64,000 nucleotides of DNA from Fimbriosthenelais zetlandica. Its lineage: Eukaryota. The first letter of the stretch is position 1, and each line of letters starts with the position of its first letter. Positions 55,901 to 64,000 of the stretch are shown here, piece by piece. The translations under genes were made by a program, and so were the position numbers. Location: the NCBI GenBank assembly GCA_977030845.1, contig OZ365112.1, positions 8,494,001 through 8,558,000 on the forward strand. The letters are read 5' to 3'. The notes under the pieces are model-generated. The model did not search any database. It was not told the origin of the DNA and worked only from the letters and a program-made list of their open reading frames with translations.

Positions 55901-58900
55901 CCCTCACGTCCCTCTCCTTTTCATCTCTCTCTCTCCTTTTCCTGACTGTCTGTCTCTCTCTCCCTCCCTTTCCCCGTCTCCTCTCTCGCCTCCCTTCTCA
56001 CTTTTCTGATGGGAGGCAGGATGCTTTGTTTACTGTGTGATTCGACTTTGCCATTTGCTGGCCGTGTATGTATTGGGCAATTAGCTGCCATGCCTGGTTC
56101 GATATTGTATGTCCATATCTGCTGACTTCTTATTTGTTGTCAGGTACATTCGGCCTTCATGGGAAGAAAACTGATGAGTCAGCAATTGCCAGGGAGATTT
56201 GTCATGAACATCTTTACCCTCCTGTCATTATACACTTTTTGTCTTTGTCTTTTCTTCTTTCATTTCCCAGCCTTGGGGATATATTCCCAGGGTTCATACA
56301 ACTAAACAGCTTTGGAAATACAACCCCCGCTTTGCAGTTAAAATGCTTGTCCAAATAAGCTTCTACGCCCAATTCCTTCTCCAATATATGTTGTAGATAT
56401 CAAAGAAACTCTTATAAACTAAACTAAAACAATGTTCTGCCTTTGTTTTTTGACAGCTTGATGCAACGATGCGAACAGTTTTATGAGCATGATGCCTTCT
56501 TATGCCCGCCTCTTCCTTCCAACCCATGGATCACTGATGACACGACACACTGGCAACTCAACTCAGAAGCGTGAGTTAAACTTTACACCTCACCCAGCTT
56601 TCATCCTTAAACAGGACGAATCGAATTCATACCCCCAATGCTTATAGGGCAGCTCCACTTAATTTTCTACTAATTGCATCTACCGCAAGTATAACTTCAC
56701 TATAGCAGGGGCTTGCTATTTTGTGCTCTATTTGCGGCATGGCAGATATGGCAGTTGAGAAAAGGTCATAGAAAAGTCGACTACAAGGGCTAGCCGTAAC
56801 AAAATCGCAACGATCGCAACCACAAAGAACCCCAGTGGAACTACTCCCATTCAATATTCTCTACTATCCTAGTACTATGAAATAGTGCAGACAATTCTAC
56901 GTCCAGGGAGCATTCAGAATGCTAATACGAGTCTGGCAATGCCTAGATTGAGTTACAAACTGAGAGATTTTTTTTCTATTTAAAACCGTGATCAAAATGT
57001 CGTCCATCTTGACACTATCTGCACGCTGGCCGTCATCATAGAGGCAGACACACCCAGTTCTGTTATACAAGCCCTGCCGATCACTAGGCATCTGATGACT
57101 TTCTATAAATAGAAGCCTTCATATGCCTGAATTAATTCTCCCTATCAGAGGAGAGAAAATTGCCTTTATCTATGTGTCTGGTTGCCAGCTATTGCCCGTT
57201 CCGACCTTAACCGCCGCGGGCCTAGCACCATTACCTCCTATGCCGATTTACTTTGCCCCATTGGAACCAGTAGTAGTATATGAAACGACTCATTCTCCCA
57301 GGCTCTACGGCCAATATAACAGTATGGAGTTACAGAGAAGTGGACCAAAGATCTTTATGTTCCTATCCCCAGAGTCAAGACAAGGTTGGAACATCCATTG
57401 TGGCAGCATGAGTAAAGGAATTTAACATTGTAACATTGTATTTAGAAATCCCTCATAAATGTCCTCATTGAGCCAGGACTAAATGAATTTAACATTGAGT
57501 CGTATCATGTAGGACTGCTGCATGAGAAATTTCTCTTGAAATGAATCAGAAACTTGAAAATCTGAGAAGTATGGCTCGAGATATCTCTTCTGATTTTGAT
57601 TGTTAAATGAGAAATTCGGCGATTACTCCTATAACGTATAGTATATAGAGTACGTATATATTCCATGAAATTATCATGAAATGATAGTGTCCATACAACT
57701 GTTTGGTTGACCCGTAAGTTATGTTTCACCGAATTTTTCCGTTAACGTAGTTGTTGAACATGTTTTTTCCATAAATATAAGAAAACTTGTGGAACATCTC
57801 CTGAGTGTTTCCAGGTAACAAAGCTTCCAAGTTGGAATAATAGAGGTTCGTCAGACGCTGAACGCAGCAGACGGTCTCCCCACTCATCCATCAATACTGT
57901 CAAAGCTTTGAGGGAAAAGAAAACACATCACCTGGAGACATGAACTAAAACTCCTAGTCTGAACTACAGACCCAGGCTCATTTTCTTGGAAGAAGTTTTA
58001 ATGAACAGGGGAAGCAGCAAGATTATGCAGGCTTGGGTCTCATTTTTCAATTAACCCCAAAATAACGCCGAATGATCTCTTGAGACTGAAGGAAAGTGAT
58101 ATCACTTTAGTCGATCAGTATCTGTAAGATTTTCTCTTGTGCACCAAAAATGGAAGCACCTAACTATTTTTTTTCTCTTTTCAAACAGGGCCTCGACACC
58201 TACGGAACGCCAAGTGCGGCGATGGGCCTACAGCATCCAGGAAGTTCTTCACGACCCTAAAGGTTGTCGTGAGTTTGAGCTCTTCCTACAGAAGGAATAC
58301 AGCTCAGAGAATCTACACTTCTGGAAGGCCTGCCAGCAGCTCAAGTCCTGCTCTCTATCCCAGGTCGAACAGATGGCCAATGACATATACAAGTAAGTAC
58401 ATCCAAAACCTAGCAGACTTAGGACAGATGCTCTCTCCAGGCCATGACCCCATATTTCTTTCACAAAAAGGGAATTTATGTACACACAGAGGGGGCAGTT
58501 GTCTAAGAAGGATTTTTTTATGCCATCATTATTCTACAGGCTTCCATGCAGATTGTAACCCACCTGTTGTTTCAGCCTTGGTTTGAATCAATGAAAAGAG
58601 TGGCAGTAATTTAGTTTCCCATGAACAGTTTATTCAATGTTGTTCTATGGACAAGTACAGCACGAGAGGTGTGAGATATGACTCAGTGATGTTAATGACT
58701 CTATAACAGAGTCTCTACAGTATCGATTAATATGCCGCAGCATAATCACGCTATCACTCTCAGTCATGCTGTGGCACCAAAGTACATTTAATCATTGAAT
58801 CTGCTCTCACCCCATGAGGTCTTTCCATATGTCAGCTTGTCTAATATCCGCATGATAGATAAAAGACAGGCTGCTTGAATAGGCAATGGTGAATGTCAGA

Positions 58901-61900
58901 TCATTAGGCAGTTATTACCAACAGATGGCAATGAAAAAATATATACTGCAGTTCACAGCCACCAGCTGGGGTACATTACAATGTATTGATTCCCTATTTG
59001 AACAGTCCCTACACAATCAGAACTTTCTAAAGAACATCTGGGCAGAGTACAGCAATTGGGTGGCCAACACGTTCTACCCCATATTAGCCAAGGTGAGGAT
59101 GTCACTGGCAGCCTACTCGTTGAGTGTAGGTGTGTTGGATGTAATGTCATACCTTTAGGCTATACCTGACATGCAAATTGCCATCTGAGATCTGTCTGGT
59201 AGAAACGGAACAAGTCACCTTCATGTAGTACGTACTAATTGGATCAAGTGATATAGGCGAGTCTGTGAGGGAGAGTGTCTGTTACAGTGGGAGGTTTAGG
59301 GTGATGTCTGAATCGGAGACGCCACCCATTGATTAGTTCTGTCATCCACTGACTCGACTCAAACCAGACTTATCAAACTCTCAAGTCAACTTCTCATCAG
59401 AAATATATAATTTATAGCATCCTCATAAAGAATACATCTCTGTAATATGGTTTTTAATCCCCGGGGAGATTTGTATGGCAATACATGGGATGAGGGATGA
59501 TGTATAGATATCAAAGCTGATGAATATTTCATCTAATATCTGACTCATGCATGGAAGCGGCATGAAGGAAGCAAATGTTTTATCTGATCTGTTATCTCCG
59601 TCAGATCATGATCAATATGCATGTATACAAATGGCTCTCAGATCTATATCTTGCTCAGAGATTCCTATTTCTATATAACACTAAAGAATGGGTTTCTCTA
59701 CCAAGATTGTAAGGCTGATTTTGAAAACGGTTTTGAAAACGCGATCAGGTGATTGAAGGTCTTCCGCCTCGGGAGCTTTCCTTCGGCTTCTTTCTTTGCA
59801 ATATTGTAATCATCCTGTTATTTTGATCCACCAGAAAGATTTTATTATCCCAGACTTTTGAGGGTATTAGACTTTAAGGCGTAGAAAACCTGTGGAAATA
59901 ATATTGCAAGTAAAGGTCAATATCTCCAGATTAACGAATATCCCGGGAAGGGCCTGGATAATACTTTACTCGTCTCGTCAGATAAAATAGCCCTCCTTTT
60001 AATCACTATTAAAGCTTTTTCAGTATTCATCAACCTGCCCGCTTTTCAACCAAGGGGAGGTCCTTGCTGGTGAGAGATTGTTAAATGAAGACGGGGTTTC
60101 CCTCCAGTCACACCTTTTTATCCGATTCCAATCTCTTACTTCAATTACAGGGAGTTTCTGGCCTCAGGAGCACCACGTGAGATTAACATTGACGCCAAGA
60201 CCATGGAGTTAACAGTGCAGCGGCTAAAGAACCCAGACAGGTTGGTGTGATTTTTTTATCATCTTGTCATTGGGTGGAGTCACAGACTGAGACATCGATA
60301 CAGAAAAATAAGGAAGTAAAAAACAGAACGGCGAGCATTTCTTGTTCTAGTTTTCCCCTGTGTTGCCTTATTTATGGAGCAAGACGAGAATAAGACATGA
60401 CAAGATTAGGTCACGAACTCACTCAGCTCGGCAGTTATTTTCGTCCCCATGCTGAGGATTTGGGAAAGAAAAGTTACATAGATCTGACAGTTCTGTTTCC
60501 TAAAATAATATAGGCAGATTGTGGATGTTGTCAATGACTTGATGCTGACTTATATGTGGTATGTTCTGACTTGTTATGCTAAAACTTTTCAGGGTTGAAT
60601 TTAATGCAATTTATTGATTTTCTTACAGCAAATTATACGATTATCGGTTTGTTAAAATCTAATTATTAAAATAATTACTAACTTTACCATCTCCCATATT
60701 TATGTTAATATGACTAAAACAGTGACCAACGCCTCAGTAGTTGACTGTCTTGTCTCTTTCACAACTATTTACAATGACAGACCATTTCATCTAAAGATAC
60801 TTATCAGAAATATTAAATATACATGTATTACGGAAAATCATGTTTCCCTGAACTCAAAATAAATGCCTCGTATTTTGCACCTAGCTCAATGACTGCACTA
60901 AAGTAAATCCATCCATTTCTCTTACCCATAACCACAGACTGTATTTTTGTGTATTTTTAATTAACACTAGCTGCCTATTTTAAGTTATTATTGTCTATTT
61001 TTATTTTGTTTGGTGAAAGTTTTGACAACTGACAGACGATTTATTCACTTTGTTTAGTGTTAAATTAGTTGAGAATATAAAACATTCTTGTGCCTGTCTC
61101 CTTTGACCATAGTTGATACCAAAACAGCCTCTACGTAATTGGTGAAAGTTTTTTGTTTGTTGGACTACTGCTGACTTCGTGGTTTGCAAAGAGTTGGAGC
61201 AAAAACTAATGCCTTTTTCTCAAAATAGCCAGGAAGAAAGTGTTTTTGTCTCACGCCTCAATGAGACTACTGACAATTTAGTGGACAACATTGGACAAGA
61301 CTGGGATCTGGACTTTCATCTTTCATTCTGACTAATTCAGGGATGCCAAAGACTTTTTCTTCTATTTTTCTAACAATTCATAATTTTCAAAAATATCTTT
61401 CAAAAATCCCCGAAAACCTTCATATAAAACCAAAAGTATAAAATGCCATTCCTGGCTTAAGCTTTAATGTTTGCCTATGTTTTGCTTTTCAAATGGCATC
61501 ACTGGAGAAAGTCTATGAGACATTTACTGATACTTATACCTGAACGTTATATGAATGATGGATCAGTTAGTAGAATACTTGATTTACATTTAATACTGGT
61601 TGTTATACAATTTCCCTCATTTTAAAATCTATTTCCATTATTACCTGAACCCATCCTATATGGAAAGAGTCTATCTTCTAACCATTGAATTGACCGCATC
61701 CATTCTTATTCATCTAATATTCTCCCACCATTGTCAATCCTCCTCTTCCCCCCATCCCTGTATCTGCCCCCCAATATTCAAATTAAATATGTGCCCTCAT
61801 TAGCAGTGGAATGCCATATCAATAGTCAACTACTATATGTTGTTCTTTTAGAATTAATCTTAGTTCAATTGGAATAGAACTAATCTGTGCTCTTGGGTTA

Positions 61901-62914
61901 AAATCCCGAATTCAATCTTTCTAAAATTCATGTTTAAAATAACCAAAAACTTGTATTAAAATAAATCTTAAATATAGAAGAAATATAGCCCATGATCAAC
62001 ATTAAAAAGTCTTCATATTTCCCTATACCTTTGAACATTTGTTATGTAATCTCTGGTAAATATAGATGTATTCCTATGAAGGCCTTATATGTTATATAAC
62101 ATGATCAAATTTATCATTATACAATATGGATGATTATATATATGTAATAAAGCGACACGCCCTGATTTAGTTAGTGTAGAGATAATGATGAGTTATTGTC
62201 TTCTCACAGATTCACGATGGACGCTGCTCAAGACCACATATACCTCCTGATGAAGAAGGATAGTTACAACCGATTCATACGATCTGATCACTTTAAACAT
62301 CTACTGGCTAACGCCGTCAACCCATGTCCCAAGAAAAAGTATGTAACAGAAACACACACCAAAAGAAATATTGAAAAAATTGATTAGCAATCAGTACTAA
62401 TCTGAATGTTCATGTCAATATAGATTCATAATTGTCATAAAAGTTCATTCTTTTTGGCAATCCCCACATTAACAAATACTATTTTAATTTGATTTGCATT
62501 GGCTGATTTGCACTCAAACAATTATGGTATTCAAGGTATGGCATTGCGTTGTATGCCCCAATAGGTAAAACATTGCACTATGTGACAGACCTTGTGATAC
62601 AAACCTGGTTATTTCGATCCCTGTAAAGTCACTATTTTATAGTCAATCTTTCATAGAAGCCATGAATTTATACATGTAACAGTATTGTTGATTATCATTT
62701 ACTCTAGGTTCTTCAATTTTGGTGGAACCAAGAAGAAGTCACCTAATCCTAGTCCTAAACCTAAGCGGCGTGGAAGTGTATCAGATGAGCTGGGTGTTAA
62801 CAGTAAGGGAGTGACAGACCCACCAGTACATAACTTATCTCAACACTCCTTCAGCACAGGCAATCTACACGAGCTTGATCTCAATGAGAAGTCCAACAAG
62901 AGTTCACCTTTTGG
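31786..62914 (+). CDS. RGS7-like: R7-family regulator of G-protein signalling (DEP-DHEX-GGL-RGS), 12 coding exons, 5'-partial with unresolved 3' end. Exons: 31786-31946, 38168-38219, 46484-46548, 47506-47582, 48093-48174, 53534-53635, 53824-53885, 56457-56570, 58189-58392, 60151-60240, 62210-62338, 62708-62914
   Basis: Manual splicing gives one continuous frame with matching intron phases and GT..AG ends: GYDLIEWL..EALHLASLLCQYGYFFP..KDDGTLYRFQ/SPYFWPSQNWEPDNVDY/AIYLAKR../..KWDFILMQAEEQ/..DSQERAFWRVHRP/..PSNPWITDD/..SSENLHFW/..EINID/..KDSYNRF. The motifs and domain order match the R7 RGS family as I recall it. The exact subfamily (RGS6/7/EGL-10 versus RGS9/11/EAT-16) needs a phylogeny. Confidence 0.96.
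37092..37116. repeat. C25 homopolymer (G run on the minus strand)
   Basis: Directly visible. It accounts for the poly-Pro and poly-Gly ORFs at 37057 and 37061. Confidence 0.9.
38168..38219 (+). CDS. RGS7-like: RGS exon (52 nt): SPYFWPSQNWEPDNVDY(A)
   Basis: Strong pyrimidine tract tttctcttctcttccag|, donor G|GTAAGT at 38220. Matches the R7 motif PYFWPS..WEP.N.DY. Confidence 0.95.
42135..42253 (-). mobile_element. Partial copy of MITE family C, inverted relative to the 44394 copy
   Basis: Carries TIR gtcgcaagcaaaatcgcagcagtagagaccaggcttta (42216-42253). Its internal ttgtggtccaagtgtccaaagcct is the reverse complement (1 mismatch) of aggccttggacacttggaccacaa near 44464. Confidence 0.75.
44394..44554. 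mobile_element. MITE family C (161 bp), PIF/Harbinger (Tourist)-like, with TTA target-site duplication
   Basis: 31-bp perfect inverted repeat at 44400-44430 / 44518-44548, flanked in register by TTA (44391-44393) and TTA (44555-44557). The superfamily is inferred from the 3-bp TWA duplication. Confidence 0.75.
45465..45630 (+). mobile_element. Dispersed repeat family B, copy 2 (internally deleted)
   Basis: tccttgtgattgac..tcaactgtcatatt..tagagcac..ctagcaaacccctgctagtgcagttacacttgcggtaga aligns with copy 1 and with the reverse complement of copy 3. Confidence 0.65.
46484..46548 (+). CDS. RGS7-like: RGS exon (65 nt), DHEX: (A)IYLAKRSMRNKQRHGLDDHEQ
   Basis: Acceptor tttacag|, donor CAG|GTGAGT at 46549, phase 1 to phase 0. 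Confidence 0.93.
47506..47582 (+). CDS. RGS7-like: RGS exon (77 nt), DHEX: ASFNKLQKMLCDKWDFILMQAEEQV(R)
   Basis: Acceptor tttcag|, donor TAG|GTAAGG at 47583. Contains the KW.FI.MQAE motif. Confidence 0.94.
48093..48174 (+). CDS. RGS7-like: RGS exon (82 nt), DHEX: (R)LAKERKKADKVVLDSQERAFWRVHRPG
   Basis: Acceptor ttttctggacag|, donor GGG|GTAAGT at 48175. Contains the DSQERAFW.VHRP motif. Confidence 0.95.
49034..49293. repeat. Degenerate minisatellite of about 28 bp built on GGGCAAATTGTCTGCCCAGTTCAT
   Basis: CAGTTCAT-like anchors at 49034, 49062, 49078, 49107, 49116, 49145, 49172, 49201, 49230, 49257 and 49286, mostly 27-29 bp apart. Confidence 0.8.
53061..53278. repeat. CT-rich polypyrimidine tract
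   Basis: About 215 bp dominated by (CT)n-like sequence, ending about 255 bp upstream of exon 53534. Confidence 0.9.
53534..53635 (+). CDS. RGS7-like: RGS exon (102 nt), DHEX-GGL linker: PLQVKCLEEGVRRNYQPSQMNKRKKKNIEGYKKE
   Basis: Acceptor ttgcag|, donor GAG|GTAAAT at 53636, phase 0-0, open frame fitting both neighbours. Less conserved than the other exons. Confidence 0.85.
53824..53885 (+). CDS. RGS7-like: RGS exon (62 nt), GGL N-terminal half: IEFLHRCFKQARMKTSKAAE(S)
   Basis: Acceptor ttttag|, donor AAG|GTAAAT at 53886, phase 0 to phase 2. Similar to the GGL motif R.K.SK..ES. Confidence 0.92.
55742..56008. repeat. CT-rich polypyrimidine tract
   Basis: About 265 bp of ctct/ctgtct sequence ending about 450 bp upstream of exon 56457. 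It explains the Ser/Leu-rich ORFs at 55688-56040. Confidence 0.9.
56457..56570 (+). CDS. RGS7-like: RGS exon (114 nt), GGL C-terminal half: (S)LMQRCEQFYEHDAFLCPPLPSNPWITDDTTHWQLNSE(A)
   Basis: Acceptor ttttttgacag|, donor GC|GTGAGT at 56571. Contains the GGL hallmark D.F....PSNPW..DD. Confidence 0.95.
56640..56855 (-). mobile_element. Dispersed repeat family B, copy 3 (inverted, most complete)
   Basis: The reverse complement matches copies 1 and 2. The ends atagggcagctccact / cagtggaactactcccat are imperfect inverted repeats. Confidence 0.65.
58189..58392 (+). CDS. RGS7-like: RGS exon (204 nt), RGS domain N-terminal part: ASTPTERQVRRWAYSIQEVLHDPKGCREFELFLQKEYSSENLHFWKACQQLKSCSLSQVEQMANDIY(K)
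   Basis: Acceptor ttttcaaacag|, donor AA|GTAAGT at 58393. Contained in ORF 58139..58396, with the FL..E.S.ENL.FW motif. Confidence 0.96.
60151..60240 (+). CDS. RGS7-like: RGS exon (90 nt): (K)EFLASGAPREINIDAKTMELTVQRLKNPD(R)
   Basis: Acceptor ttacag|, weaker donor CAG|GTTGGT at 60241. Contains the EFL..GAP..INID motif. Confidence 0.94.
62210..62338 (+). CDS. RGS7-like: RGS exon (129 nt), RGS domain C-terminal part: (R)FTMDAAQDHIYLLMKKDSYNRFIRSDHFKHLLANAVNPCPKK(K)
   Basis: Acceptor ttctcacag|, donor AA|GTATGT at 62339. Contained in ORF 62196..62387, with the AQ.HIY.LMK.DSY.RF motif. Confidence 0.96.
62708..62914 (+). CDS. RGS7-like: RGS exon (207 nt), C-terminal tail: (K)FFNFGGTKKKSPNPSPKPKRRGSVSDELGVNSKGVTDPPVHNLSQHSFSTGNLHELDLNEKSNKSSPF(G)
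   Basis: Acceptor actctag|, phase matches the previous exon, contained in ORF 62685..62918. Ends either at donor GG|GTGAGT (62915) or at the overlapping in-frame TGA (62916-62918). Confidence 0.85.
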
Positions 62915-64000
62915 GTGAGTTAGTCATACTGAGATTCTTTATACCACCAGTCGCACATCACAAACTTATAACGCATTGACACAGCGATGCACCTATATCA
63001 AATGCAACTCAAATATCCCCTTTCCTTTCTGTTATTTTCTAAAGTCTTTTTCATCAGATATATTCATCTGATGTAGAAGTAGTTGAAGCCACACTCTGGG
63101 TGGACCATAAGAGGAATTTGACTCACCTTTAGGATTCCTAATGTTGATTGTTCTGGGCATGGAATCGACGGTCTGGATTGGGGACATCCTGAGTTTGCAT
63201 CTGAGAGTCAACCATTTTCCACATGACACTCTGAACAAGAAGACATAAGGAAATCAAAATTAGACTGATAAACTTGAGAATAAGTTAAAATTAAAATAAG
63301 AATTCAAAGACAATGGAAATTCATCTTAAATTTAACCTTACTTCCCGCTTTTAAAACTTTCAATAAATAACTTACTTCAGGCATTCTTGAAAATGAATTT
63401 ATTAAGTTACAGTTTCCCTATGTCAAGCTAACAATTGTCTTTAAGGAAATCCACTTTAATCTGACTAATATTTTTGTAATGATTTTTATCCTTTAACAGT
63501 TTTTTTCCTGTTCTTTTCGGGGGTTTTTACTAAATGAATAACTAACTAAACTTCACTAAGGAATGGATTTTCATATATAAGTCTAAAAGGTACCATGCTG
63601 ATGACATTTTAATGGTTGTAGGAGCACTGGAGAATTAAAAGGCGACAGCAAGAAAGGGTAGGGTTTAGTAGAGAACGATAATTAACTGATTTTAGTTGAT
63701 CAATGGTCCTTGTGTATCATGAATATTGTGTGATTAGTCCATGTGTGCATACATCTACCTCCTAGACTCTCCTACCCTATACTCTGACCTATGTGTATTT
63801 TGTTTTCCCTCTTATAACTGGCGCAGGGTGTCAAGTTGCGTGAGACCTCCACAAAATAGGAAAATTTCAGGAAAATAAGTAGAAACCACATACAAAAAAT
63901 AGAAACACAATAGGAAATAATCATAGCTTGACGCTTAAAACTTAATCAATTGGCGCAAGTGTCTGTTGGGCACCACGGACACAGCGCGAATAACGCATTT

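Noticed and set aside
55688-56040. Three overlapping Ser/Leu-rich ORFs
   Set aside because: Artefacts of the CT tract. The same applies to ORF 53099..53296.
63827-63878. Candidate next RGS exon (G)VSSCVRPPQNRKISGK*
   Set aside because: The acceptor and phase fit, but there is no homology support. An equally plausible acceptor near 63057 exists, so no exon is called.
63966-63988. REST/RE1-like site (GCACCACGGACA)
   Set aside because: The left TCAG is replaced by TGGG and there is a 2-nt insertion on the right. It sits at the window edge in what may be the start of a repeat.

Overview
This is AT-rich animal (probably invertebrate) genomic DNA, not prokaryotic. There are no operons, CRISPR arrays or rRNA, and no complete tRNA that I can support. 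The main feature is one + strand spliced gene for an R7-family regulator of G-protein signalling (DEP-DHEX-GGL-RGS; RGS6/7/9/11, EGL-10/EAT-16 family). I located 12 consecutive coding exons by hand from 31786 to 62914 (1345 nt, about 448 codons). All 11 introns between them are GT-AG and the reading frame is continuous across every junction. The 5' coding exon(s) were not found, so bases 1-31785 are probably one very large intron, and the 3' end is unresolved. The non-coding DNA carries MITE-like inverted-repeat elements (three families), minisatellites, long CT/GA tracts, a 34-bp perfect palindrome, a near-consensus RFX X-box and a CCAAT/TATA cluster. The other ORFs in the supplied track show no recognisable protein family. 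I found no convincing novel system. The best leads are possible alternative splicing and internal promoters of the RGS gene, plus the repeat families.
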